The notes under the pieces are model-generated. The model saw only the letters and a program-made list of their open reading frames with translations, had not been told where the DNA came from and did not search any database. A stretch of 64,000 bases of DNA from Octopus sinensis (taxonomy: Eukaryota). Below are positions 39,502 through 52,091 of the stretch, one piece after another. The DNA lies in assembly GCF_006345805.1 (NCBI RefSeq), contig NC_043003.1, positions 43,214,001-43,278,000 on the forward strand, read 5' to 3'. Made by a program: the position numbers and the translations under genes. Within the stretch, counting starts at the first letter, position 1, and each line of letters opens with the position of its first letter.

Positions 39502-39638
39502 GTGACGTTATGTTTATATTGCATGGAATTATCGTTGTTTTTATTTCCAGGAGATTTCTAAATAAGGGGAGGTTGTGAGTGATTTTTTTCGGGTGTAGGG
39601 GAGATAATCGCTTAAAACATTTTTTTTCCATTTCCTTG

Positions 39639-40151
39639 TTAATTTCTCTGTGTCAGTATGTTCGGATGGTTGAGTCTGGGTTTGTACTTTTCAATGAAGA
39701 ATGTTTCCTTGTTCAGTCTCATTTGTGTTGATGATCCGAAAGCACATTGGTAAAATGGGAAGATTAAAAATTGTGGCATTAGTTGCTTTGCGCATTTCTC
39801 AATGTGCTCACTAAAAGGTATCATTCTATATTCTGGGAATGCAATCTGTTGTCGATGCAGTGTGCATCTGCGCCTGAGTGATAGTCCCGTGGAACCCACG
39901 TAGTCTTGGTGCAGCCCGAGCATTTAATAACATAAATTATGTTTTCAGAGGCACAAGTAAAGTTAGATTTGATCTTAAATTTCTGTCCCTCTTTAAAGAA
40001 GAATTCTGATCCTTCCAATAGGTTAGGACATGTTGCACAGTTCGATCTACCACATTTTTTTACTTTTGCATCCGTAATTTTAGAAGACAATTTTGCCTTT
40101 GTGAGAATCTTTTTAAGTGATTTAGGCTGTTTGTAGCTTTTAATGATTTGG
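39639..40151 (-). pseudogene. Penelope GIY-YIG endonuclease, one frameshift
   Basis: IIKSYKQPKSLKKILTKAK, CGRSNCATC, FTCASENIIYVIKCSGC, then (1-nt deletion near 39906) DYVGSTGLSLRRR..LHR, HIEKC and KETFFIEKYKPRLN. Confidence 0.92.
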
Positions 40152-42149
40152 ATATATATATATATATATATATATAAATGAATAGATCTCCCACTCCTGG
40201 GGGTTTGAGCAAAAGGTGATAAATGAAATAAATTCGGAAGTTTTGGAAAGTCAGGTTAGATTGTAGATTGTAGTAGCACATATTTTCAAAACCAAATAAT
40301 GAAAGTAGAGACCATATGTCATTCTTCTTCGAATAATATTTCACAGCAAGTTACAGACTATTTTATGGGAAGAAATAGCAAGAATATATAAAAATTCAGG
40401 GCATGTAATCACGTTGATTATAAATATTCAAAATATGTCTGAAGGTTATTCCCACAGGAAGACGTTTTATATATCTATGATCGTATTTTAAGTCTTTCAT
40501 ATGTAATATGTGTGTAAAAACCTTTGACTGACAGAGATCATTCACAGAGTCAGCGTATATACAAATCGAGAATATATAATTAGACCAAAGATAGTCTTAT
40601 TACTTTTTACGTCATGATAAGTGTGCACTCTGCGATGAAATGCCAGCAGAGTCAATTTACTCGTTCTTATCATGGCGTCGATGTAATGTTTTGTGTATAT
40701 ACTGGAATGGATTCAATTGAAAGCCTTCGACAAACAAAACCTTTGTGGCATTATGTTAATATTAAAATTCAATATTTTATTGTGATTGTGATATCTTAGA
40801 CAGTTTGAGTTTCCTTTCTGTGTCAAGGAACAAAACTGTTGAACTGTTTCTTCCATCAGTTGGCTTATATACATGCACACACATTTATAAATATATGCAT
40901 GCATGCATACATACATTCATCCATCCTTCCATACATACATACATGCATGCATACATACGTACATACATGCATGCATACATACATACATATATACATACAT
41001 ACATGCATGCTTACATATATGCATACATACAAACACGCATATTACACAAAGCGTTTGTTAATGATGTTATCACTCCATAATATGAGGCATAGTACCACAT
41101 CGAATCATAAGTTATATAATCCTGATCTTGCATTGTACGGTAACGCCTTCGGCGTCACCGCCCAAGTTATACTGCACTGCAGCTTTTTCTGCATAAGTTT
41201 TCAGATCAGATCAGTGGTGTGCATTGTCACAGCAGATGTTCCTAAATGATTCCATTTTGTTTCTCCTGAGACTCTTGAAATGATCGCTGGTTGTACCTTT
41301 ATAAACATATACATTTTTTCACTCGTTCTGACATAAATTTGTATTCAATGTTTCTACGCAAATACCTGTTTGCTTTCCTATCTCTACAATTTCGGTTTTA
41401 ATTATACTCTTTCCAAATAAGTTACTATTTGTCGTATTCTTATTTTATATTTTCTTTATGGCACTGTTGTTGTTATAATTGCGATTGTTGTTATCATTAC
41501 ATCTAGCCGCCATATTATCATAAGTACTTTCCCGTCGTTATTTACACAATCTAATTTTAAGGTTGATCATTTTTACTTTTATTAGAATCATTGGGACTAC
41601 TTCGTTCATGCCTTCCTCTATTCTACTTTATTTTACTTGTGGCACCCACAAGTCGCTAGTCTTTGTCCGTTTGTGTATTTGCAAAATTATTGAAGAACGG
41701 CGAAACGGATTTTGACCAAATTAGGTAGAAATACTAATTGGGTGAGAGGCTCGAACTCATTAAATTTTGGTTTGATTGTCTTCGGGCAGATAATCTCCTC
41801 TGATGACTTTTTTCTCGTTCTCGTATTTGCAATTCCTTGATTCAGATTCTTACTATTCATTTTATGAATATGGTATTTTCGATTATTTCATGTTGCATAG
41901 AGTAGTTTAACGCTAAGCCTATGAAACATTTTGTAGTATCAACTATATTTCGGAGAACGTCTATCTCATGCAGAGAAACATTTGTAGCCAAGACAATGTA
42001 TTAATTCTGACCCCCAGAAACAGTTCCCGTACATATAAAATCATACCTTCTCTTGTTTAATTTTCTATATAATATATATAAATATCTGTATTTTATACTT
42101 GAATATTCATCGTCTAAAACTTTTAAGTCTTTCCTTTCTCTCTATCTTC

Positions 42150-42152
<3 letters not shown>

Positions 42153-42245
<93 letters not shown>

Positions 42246-42260
42246 TACACATATATGTAT

Positions 42261-42328
<68 letters not shown>

Positions 42329-42350
42329 ATATATACATACATACATATAT
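42153..42350. repeat. (TA)n/(CA)n microsatellite
   Basis: Direct reading. Confidence 0.97.
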
Positions 42351-42420
42351 AATAAGTGATGGACAACGTGTCAATACATTACACCCGTGTCTACCGATTT
42401 TTTTTATTGCTTGACAAACG

Positions 42421-42569
42421 TATTATATCATTAGAAAAAAACCCGTTTACATCAGGTAAACATGACCCACAAGATTTAGAAACAGTCATGCTGCTGATAT
42501 GTTAATGTTTCTAAATGTTGTGGTTCGTGTATTTACCTGATGAAAACTGTATTTTCTAATCATGTAATA
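42421..42569. repeat. Imperfect inverted repeat (MITE-like hairpin)
   Basis: Arms 42430-42484 and 42506-42560 share CATCAGGTAAA and ATTTAGAAACA blocks in inverted orientation, with a 21 nt loop. Confidence 0.8.
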
Positions 42570-44461
42570 TCTCCATTAATTAATTAAAGATTCGTTGGAA
42601 ACAGCTGTAGTGAATTGACATATTATCTATCTACTGTGATTTATTTAATTATAATTCACCTCTTTCGGAACCTGTTCCTCGCGTGATCCGGAGTATATTA
42701 TGGATCATGATGAAGCGAAGAAGGACAAGAAGCGGTAAGAGAGTCAGCTGAGAAAGATGGAGGAGGTGAGCGATCAGAGTATTGAGACAAGTAGAAAAGT
42801 GGAGAGCTGGGTGATGAGCGGGGTGGGAGGGGTTTTATTTGAAAGGTGGTCGTTGTTTCGGCATTTGAGAACGGAGGTTAAAATTTGGAATGGTGGGGCT
42901 ATAGAGGTAAATGTAATTAAGATAGTGAGAAAAGGGTAGGGTGAGTATTAAAGAGAAGGAAAGTTCCAGTTGTGGATGCTAGTAGGGTGGTGAAGGGGAA
43001 TTTCGAAGAATGAAGGTGGTTTAACGGCAGAGGTAGGATACAAATGCATTTTGAAATGCATGAGAGTAAATAGAGGTAAGTGAATAGAGAGGGAGAAAAA
43101 GAGGAATAGGTTGGCAGCGAAGAATGAAAGTTGGTTCGCGGTGGAGGAAGAGTACAGAGGTATGTAAAAATGCATTACTGTGAAAAGAGGTAGGTAGACA
43201 GAGACAGAGAGAGAGGGGAGAGAAACGGGAAGGAGAGCAACATGGATAGGTAAGTAATGATAAGTGGTTTTGGTTCAAGAGGAGCTAGAAGATGGGGAAG
43301 ATGTAGAAGGTAAGGAGATGGTGTGGCTGTAAAGAGCAGTGGACTATGCTTGGAAAGAGGGACACCATTCCTGGTTCAATTGAAGTTTCTTGACTTGCTC
43401 TTAGATGAACAAAGAAGACTTTATTGAAGTTGAACTGGCATTTGTTTACAAGTGCATTATTGAAAATATCTGGATCTCTACACATATGTTATTGAAAATA
43501 TTTTGTGGCATTGGCAGGCTGTCATTGAAAGTAATGTAAAATAATATAACTGATTAAATGTATTATTTCAATTATTGTTTTGTTTTTATCCGTTCTTACT
43601 GATGGAGTGAATTGTCAGTGACAATATAGAAAAACGAGAACAAAAAAAAGAATATAAAAAAAGAGAAAATAGAGTAAAAGTGGTGAAAATATGTGTGTAC
43701 GTAATACACACACATATATATTTACTTATACTTGTACATATGTTTATATATATATGAATATAAATATGTGTGTGTGTACAGAGAGAATGAGTGAGAAAGA
43801 TACGGGCATAAAAAATGACAGAGACAGAAATAGGAAGCAAAAAACAAATATACAAATAAATATAAATGAACATAGAGTAAAAAATGTTCTCTGTCGTAAG
43901 CAGAATTCTTAGTTTTATAGAAAATTGTTTAAAGCAAATGAACTTTAAAAAATAATTTGAGGTCCATAATTAAGAGAATTCGTGCTAATTTATTTTTATG
44001 CTGGTGTTCAGGAGTTACAGATATATTTTAAAGCCATCATTTTTATCAAGATGATGTAGTATTCTATTTTGTAAGATGTTTATTTCTTTTCGAACAATAC
44101 ATAGCAAAACACTAACCCACGCATTTGAGGCATTGTTCTCAGAAATATTTCCAGGATGTTCTAAACACAAGGAAACACAGCCCATCATTCACCTGAGATC
44201 ATTTGCTTTTTAATGACGTACATTTCGCAGGCTAACTGAAGTTAATCTGACTCTCATTCTCAAGTGATATTTCCAAATATGAATGTAACATGTCTATTTG
44301 CACTAACCTCGTTTACATTCGGCTTAGCATGTTTGTAGGCCATATAGTTTACTGAATAGTTGACTAGTTTACTGGATATACGGACGCATACAGAACTAGA
44401 AATATTTCACTGCCACCCCACAAAATAGATAACAGATACAATAATTTATTTCTATGTCTTA

Positions 44462-44800
44462 CGAATATATTTTCGAAAGTACAATAGAATTTAGAACCGC
44501 TATCTTTAATTCCTGTATCAAAATTTTAGATACTTCTCCCCCTGGAGAAGCCATCCACATATTATTCTCTGTTGTTTTATAAAATATATTCTTGTCGAAA
44601 TCGAGAGCGAATCGCTGAAGGTCCTCCAGTTGCATACGGAAAACGGTATCAAGGTGGGATTTCAAAAGTGGCAGAAACACCGGTACCCGTATATTACTGC
44701 ACAAGGTAACTCTTTCGGAGGGGATAATGTCAAGACTTAGGTAAATGAGTTATCTTAATTAAACATAACTAGTCCAGGGACTTTCTGATAGCAACACAAT
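44462..44800 (+). mobile_element. Short non-autonomous mariner derivative related to 13377-14245
   Basis: The 3' part GATTTCAAAAGTGGCAG...AAGACTTAGGTAAAT...AACTAGTCCAGGGACTTTCTGATA parallels 14120-14240. Confidence 0.6.
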
Positions 44801-44880
44801 TATATTTACAGGGTAGCCAAAAGTATTGAAAAGGGCAACCCATTTCTCCCAAACAAGACTGTATATATATATATGTATGC

Positions 44881-44924
<44 letters not shown>

Positions 44925-44930
<6 letters not shown>

Positions 44931-45324
44931 TATATAGAAGGAGCTTCTACAGGACTAGTACTGTTTCATTCAAGAGAAATCTTCAGGAAGCTATTTAAAC
45001 AAGAATTGTATTAGCATTTATACATTTAGGCAGGTTTAAAGGAGTGGTGGTGGGGACTTTTGGGGGTAGGCATAGCGCAAAATTATACTTGGGGAGTGGT
45101 CAGGGAGTCAGTGGGTAAGTTAGATGAAAGAATAGATAAATAAAAAACTAAAAAAAATAAAAAAAAAATAAAAAATAAAAAATAAAAAATAGAAAAAAAA
45201 AAAATAAAATGTGTGCACATACATACATAAACACATATACATACACACACACATACGTACACATGTGTGCCTATACATACCTACACATACACACATACAC
45301 ATACATACACATATATATATACAT

Positions 45325-45373
<49 letters not shown>

Positions 45374-46691
45374 CATACATATATATATATACACAATCCA
45401 ATACAGGCCCATTCCCTAATTTTAATTTTATTATCTTCATTTATTACTTTTGTTATCTTTGATCGCTAGAGCTAAGGATCCTGGCGATGGCAGCATGTCC
45501 AAATTGTCTGTCTACTAGAAGGCAAGTACTCGTTCCCACACGCACACTCATTAGCACGTACATACACCCATTCGTACACTCATACACATACACGTACGCA
45601 CGCAGTTATATTCATACATACAAACATCTACATACGTTCACGTATATACACATACGTACTCGTACCTACAGATTCATGTCTACACTTTAGGAGGCTAGTC
45701 TATATATATACACCAATAAATATACATATATATATATATATATACATACATATATATACACATATACACATACACACACACACACACATATGTGTGTGTG
45801 TGTATGTGTATATGTGTATATGTGTATATGTGTGTGTGTGTGTGTATGTGTATATTGTAATATATGTATGTTATATATATATATAATGTATATATATGGT
45901 GTATATATATGGACTAGCCTCCTAAAGTGTAGACATGAATCTGTAGGTACGAGTACGTATGTGTATATACGTGAACGTATGTAGATGTTTGTATGTATGA
46001 ATATAACTGCGTGCGTACGGTGTATGTGTATGAGTGTACGAATGGGTGTATGTACGTGCTAATGAGTGTGCGTGTGGGAACGATACTTGCCTTCTATTAG
46101 ACAGACAATTTGGACATGCTGCCATCGCCAGGATCCTTAGCTCTAGCGATCAAAGATAACAAAAGTAACAAATGAAGATAATAAAATTAAAATTAGGGAA
46201 TGGGCCTTGTATTGGATTGTGTATATATAGATGTATGTATATATATATATGTATATATATTATATATTATGTAGTATATGTATATATATGTGTATATATG
46301 TGTGGTAGTGTGTTATGTGTGTATGTGTAGGTATGTATAGGCACACATGTGTAGTATGTGTGTGTGTATGTATATGTGTTTATGTATGTATGTGCACACA
46401 TTTTATTTTTTTATTTTATTTTTTATTTTTTATTTTTTATTTTTTTTTTTTTTTTTTATTTTTTTATTTTTTATTTATCTATTCTTTCATCTAACTTACC
46501 ACTGACTCCTTGACCACTCCCCCAAGTATGATATTTTGCGCATGCCTACCCCCAAAAAAAGTCCCCCACCACCACTCCTTTAAACCTGCCTAAATGTATA
46601 AATGCTAATACAATTTTGTTAAATAGCTTCCTGAAGATTTCTCTTGAATGAAACAGTACTAGTCCTGTAGAAGCTCTTCTATATAATAAAT
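44925..46691. repeat. ~1.77 kb palindrome with no spacer (arms ~865 and ~900 bp)
   Basis: 45790-46691 is the reverse complement of 44925-45789, centred on CACACACA-TA-TGTGTGTG. The differences are mostly 1-nt or homopolymer indels. Confidence 0.95.
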
Positions 46692-47327
46692 TAATTTTAC
46701 TCTTGCTATGTATTGAGTACCTTACTTACTGGGTTTAACCCCGGGATCAACCCGGGACCTACATATATATATATAGAATTATATATATATATATATACAT
46801 AAATAGTTATGGTGTGTGTGTGTGTGCATGAATGAATGGATACATCTGTATAATTGGATATACGCATATGTATGAGATTATATATATATATAAATATATA
46901 TTTATATTTATATTTATATATGTATATTAAAGGTAAATTGTAGTAGTCTATAGAAAATATGCCGTGGTGTGGTGGAATACTTAGGGTGCTGAAAAGATAC
47001 TTTGAGGTACTTATGTTATTTTCATATTCTTATTTCAGATCCTACGACATGAAGTTTTATTTATATCTTGCCAGGTTCGGCAAAGTAACAACCTTAGTTT
47101 AAGAGTTGATGGTTGGATATCTTGGAGCTTTCAGAAAAATTTCTTTCGAGGTATGTTTGACACAAGTGCCAAACGCAAATGGGCCGTAGTTTGTCACTAA
47201 TTCTACTTCGCTGTTGACGTAGTTTGAACTTGCTTCTTATGCTTCTCAGTCAATTTAAGAAGAGCCTTAACTACACCGGTATATGTATGCATATGTATAT
47301 ATATTATATATATATTATATATATATA

Positions 47328-47389
<62 letters not shown>

Positions 47390-47851
47390 ATATATATATA
47401 TAACATACATATATATATTTTTTAATATATATATATCTATATAAACACACATACATGCATGGATAAATACTTACAGGCACATTTACACGAACACCATACT
47501 TACATATAACACCTTTCTTTCAAAACATGATTGTAATAAATGACGTAATATCAATAATATAATAGCATTCGATAAAGGACTTGAAACGTATGTAAATTCT
47601 AAACGGAATTTTAATTTGTTTGTTACAGTTATAACAATGATGTAGGGATTTAAATCGACTATTAAAAGATCAGTTAATAATCATTGTTGGAGAAAACAAT
47701 AATGTTGATTAATTTTAGTAATATTCACTCAAGTTTTGTTAACATCAAAATTGTCTCAAGTCGATTATCACCTCCAAATATAAATTCATTTTTAATTCTA
47801 CTGTTAATTCAATTAACGCCCATCAATCAGAACATTTATTTCTTCACTAAC

Positions 47852-47871
47852 GCCTCCTCCTCCTCCTCTTC

Positions 47872-47920
<49 letters not shown>

Positions 47921-47921
47921 C

Positions 47922-47968
<47 letters not shown>

Positions 47969-48002
47969 CACCACCACCACCACCACTACTACTACTACTA
48001 CA
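47852..48002. repeat. (CCT)(CTA)(CCA) compound trinucleotide tract
   Basis: Direct reading. Confidence 0.97.
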
Positions 48003-48289
48003 ATTTTTTTTTAGCATCTTGTACGATGTGTTGACGTATGTTTTGTGTTACAGTCACTTGAAACCAGGAGTGCTTCGTTAAATAATTGATCAATAGTATA
48101 ATAATTGCTTCAACTCCACCTTTTATACTAAAATATTTTCTATCATTCTGAGGAGAGCTATTAGCCTCAATATTAAAAAAATTCGTAGGTCCGCAGGCAC
48201 CTTTCTCTCTTGAATATACAAGGGCAATAATGACGGCACCCTACCATTTCCTTTGTAATTTTTATATTATAATTGATTCTATCTACTTC

Positions 48290-48560
48290 ACTAAGCTTAT
48301 GCTTTCTTTAGCAACTGTCATCTATTTTCCCATCAATGTCACCAACTGTATTTTCCAATTCTTCATCTTGGCGCAATACGTGCTCCATCTTCATCTTCAC
48401 TAAGAATGTCAAGTTTCTTTGTACAATAATCACTTCTTCAAATGGCATTTTGCCCGTAAAGTCTTTGCGCTTCCATAATTTTATCGTGATACTATATTCA
48501 AACCAAGTAATATTCTGATCTTCCACTCCACAAAAGTTGTCTTCAAGTCAAATACTTATC
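48290..48560 (-). mobile_element. Decayed RTE-like LINE C-terminal relic
   Basis: MKMEHVLRQDEELE...GDIDGK resembles GHVLR...LE...G.I.GKR. Confidence 0.3.
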
Positions 48561-50222
48561 ATTCGCTAAGTTCTCTCAAATGCGTGCTGTGTAACTATAA
48601 GTATGAAAATGTATCCTAGCATATTTCGTAGAGCACATCGAGACACACGTTTCAAATAATTTACTTGATCGAATTTGGAGCTATACAGAGTCTTTTTAGA
48701 GTGACTAAGAAGCACAAGAAGCAAGTTCAAACCACATGACCACCGAAGTAGTTTTAGCGACAGACAACGGCCAATTTGAATGTGGAATTAGTGTCGTCGT
48801 AGCCGAAATCAGAATCTAAATGGGCCAGGTAAGTCACAAAAGGAATTTTCTTGAACGCTCTACGAAATCAACCATCCTAACTTAACTTAGGTTCGTCACT
48901 TTGTCGAACCCGCAAGGTTTAAATCAAAATTCATGTCGTAGGATCTGAAATTAGAACGTAAAAATAACACAAATACCCCAAGGTATTTTTCCAGCGCCCT
49001 GGGTATTGCGTCACACCACGGCATATCTGATATAGGGTATTACAACTTGTCTTAGATATCTAATAGTTTGGAGAAATAGGGTTGTTATTCAATGCAAGGT
49101 GGAACCTAATTGTCTGGGATTAAAATTAGTGTTATTTTTAGCATAACCACTATTATATACATTCACCATATAAAATAACTCCATCAACTTTCATGACATA
49201 TCAGACTCAATTGATGCAATTCACCTTTCAACATCTAATTACCATAAGCCCATTCTCTCCATGTAAACTTTGCAATGAAATCTTCACCTGTGGATGAGGT
49301 GCCATTGATGAGACCTACACAGTTAGTACTTATAGTCGTTTGTAAAAACAGTCAGAGAGTTATCGAGCCTGTTGTCAGTCTCTAAGTTGAATACTTACTA
49401 CGCCAACCAGCTGTAGATTTACGGATTTTTTTTCTTTCAATACACTACATCCTATTTCCTCAGAGTTAAGGAAATAAGCAGTTATCGCCGACATAAAAGC
49501 CTGCGTTTCGTTTGAAATAAATTCATGTCTTATCTTACAATGAATTTTTTCCCTTGTCACGATCGCCAGGATTGCTGCGATCGCTACAAGGTATCTTCCT
49601 TGTTAAATTCCAATAATCATGTGCATAAGGAGGTTTTGGTTACATAGATCGTCTACAGTTTTGTACAAACCGCATTCAGCTCTTCGGTCAACTAAACGAC
49701 CACTGTGTCCTAAGGAAAGCGATGGGACATTCGGCAGCTAAATACAAATTTAACTTAACCAGCAAGCTGAATCATCGTGACAGTATAAGTCTCAAAGCAG
49801 GGCTCTTAAATTTGGCAAAATTTTAGAATCTTATAAGCTTTTTTAAGTTTCTATTCTAGGTGTCTTCCCTTTGGATTTTAAACTCAATCGAGAGAAATTT
49901 CAATTTTCATTCACTGTCTTCTAATAAAGTACCAATCCAGGATTTTGGATGGGCAAAATTGGTAAAACGTCGAGCGAGTTGCTTTGCAGTATCCTGTTCA
50001 GCTCTTTGCTTCCTAACATTATTGCTTGCAATATCGATGGTCATAAACTGTATCCGCTGTTAACTTTCTATTAGAAAATATTTTCGGAACAGGGAGATGA
50101 GAGTTTCATGTATGAGAAAGCGGTTGGGTTCCATAACACATAACTTTGCCTGGTCTACTGCCTGAGAGATTGCAGATGTAAAAAGGCACGAAATTGTGTC
50201 TCTGTATATACGTGTTCGTATA

Positions 50223-50428
50223 TGCCTGACGCCAGGAGCGACTCATAAAGTCAAAATTACTAATATAAATAAACACATCGTACCGAAACAATTCTCGAAA
50301 CATGTCATTTAAAAACAGAATGCGGCTAAATTCTGTTTTTAAACGACCTGCTTCGAGAATTGTTTTTGTACGTTGTGTTTATTTATTTTAGTAGTTTTGA
50401 TTTTAAAAGTACCTCCTAGCGTGAGGCA
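50223..50428. repeat. Foldback / MITE-like palindrome (99 bp arms, 8 nt loop)
   Basis: Ungapped arm alignment with 15 mismatches in 99. Ends TA|TGCC...GGCA|TC. Confidence 0.9.
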
Positions 50429-50568
50429 TCTATGTGTAAAAATGCCCTCTATGTAATATAAATAAATAAATTTAAAGGCAAAACATTGATGGTTTATTTT
50501 TCTCTTATAAGGTTTTTCACGCTAACTACTAGATCAATTCTTATGAAGATTTTATCCTATTTTTAAAT

Positions 50569-50648
<80 letters not shown>

Positions 50649-50979
50649 TATATATACATACATATATATGGACATGTTTGCATGTATGCGCATTCAAATG
50701 TGTGACAGAGTTTGAGTAAGATAGTTATATACGTGCATACAAGAAAGCGTATATATGAAAGGGTGCATATTTGGTCTTGTCTTTTTTGGGTACTGCTGAG
50801 TATGTGTGCGCCTTACAGTGCATGTGTATCTTTGTATAATTACTAATTTAATACTAATTAATAACTTCTTCTTTCTTTTCCCTTTCATTGAAAATTTACA
50901 TTATTTTATACAACTAAATTCAATGAATTTTATTTGTTTCTGTGTTTAGAGTGTGACTGCCTTCATATTTGCCTGGTGC

Positions 50980-51180
50980 TATTGCTATTTTTCATCATTT
51001 CTTTCTATTTATGATCTTGATCCTTATCATTTCATCATCTTGCTTTCTTTCAAGTACTGGCATATTCACCAATTCTAGTCTTCTCTCATCGTGCAATTCA
51101 TGGCTTATATTTCTGAATAACTTTCACGTCTCACATGGTCCAACACTTGCCCATTCGGTAATCTGTACCTCCAGCTGAAA
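50980..51180 (-). mobile_element. Decayed CR1-like fragment
   Basis: ERRLELVNMPVLERKQDDEMIRIKIIN resembles EERL..LNLPTLE.RR.RGDMI..YKI. Confidence 0.35.
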
Positions 51181-51958
51181 ATGAAATAAGCGAATAGTTC
51201 TATGTAAATTGCTATTGATTAATATTTGTTTCTAAACCGCATCATCATCTACTTATAATTAATAGTTTTCCGTGAACTTTGTGATACTAGGTTCGATTTC
51301 ATTTTAACAAATTGATATTAAATTTGCTATACGTAATAAAAAATATCGATTTGAGACGCAAAATTTAAACAAATCTTCATCTTGCTCTATAGTATAGCTA
51401 TATATTTAGTTATTCTGTCTTGAACATTACGGTAACTAATAACATAAATTATTGAAATCTATTAAAAAGTCCTTTCTATAGCGTTAATACACTTAACTTG
51501 GTCAGTGATGACAGACTTGTTCAATATATAAATACAAACTACAAAAAAAATATTGTATCACTATATCTCATAAATATAGCTTCTTTAGAGACCAAAGGTT
51601 TGTAAAAACTATGAAGAGAATATACTAAAACCTATCACTATAGCTAATACAAGTATCTGGCTTAGTGACCACGTATTTAAAAAGTTTTGCTAGACTATAT
51701 AACACTTTTAAGTACATTTAGTCCTTGTTCTCCATTTCGTATTTTCCAAGTATAGCAATAATATGATTTTACAATGTCTTGTATGTTTGCACAATACAAT
51801 ACTGTCTGGTCATCTATATCAAATCAATGCTTATTTCTTGTATTTGACGTAACTCAAATATAATACAGTAACCTGATTATGCTAGTAGTATCCCGTGGTG
51901 TGTTGCAGTATCCGAGAAAAATGTCAACTCCATGTTATGATCTCACTATATATATATA

Positions 51959-51993
<35 letters not shown>

Positions 51994-52034
51994 ACTCTCT
52001 CTCAATAACTATATATAAATCTCTCTCTCTTCCA

Positions 52035-52091
<57 letters not shown>

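Larger units (their letters stand above)
39286..40151 (-). mobile_element. 5'-truncated Penelope-like element (GIY-YIG endonuclease plus 3' terminal repeat) embedded in (TA)n
   Basis: (TA)n at 39209-39285 and 40152-40176. The coding part is followed by a ~350 bp non-coding end carrying a hammerhead motif. Confidence 0.88.
46960..49023. repeat. Pair of diverged ~300 bp inverted repeats (46960-47270 and 48700-49023)
   Basis: Shared blocks GAAGCAAGTTCAAAC and TTCATGTCGTAGGATCTGAAAT in opposite orientation. Outer ends TA|TGCCGTGGTG and CACCACGGCA|TA. Confidence 0.8.

Noticed and set aside
42538-42546. CTGATGA hammerhead or C-box-like heptamer
   Set aside because: No stem II plus GAAA follows. 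It is simply one arm of the 42421-42569 hairpin.
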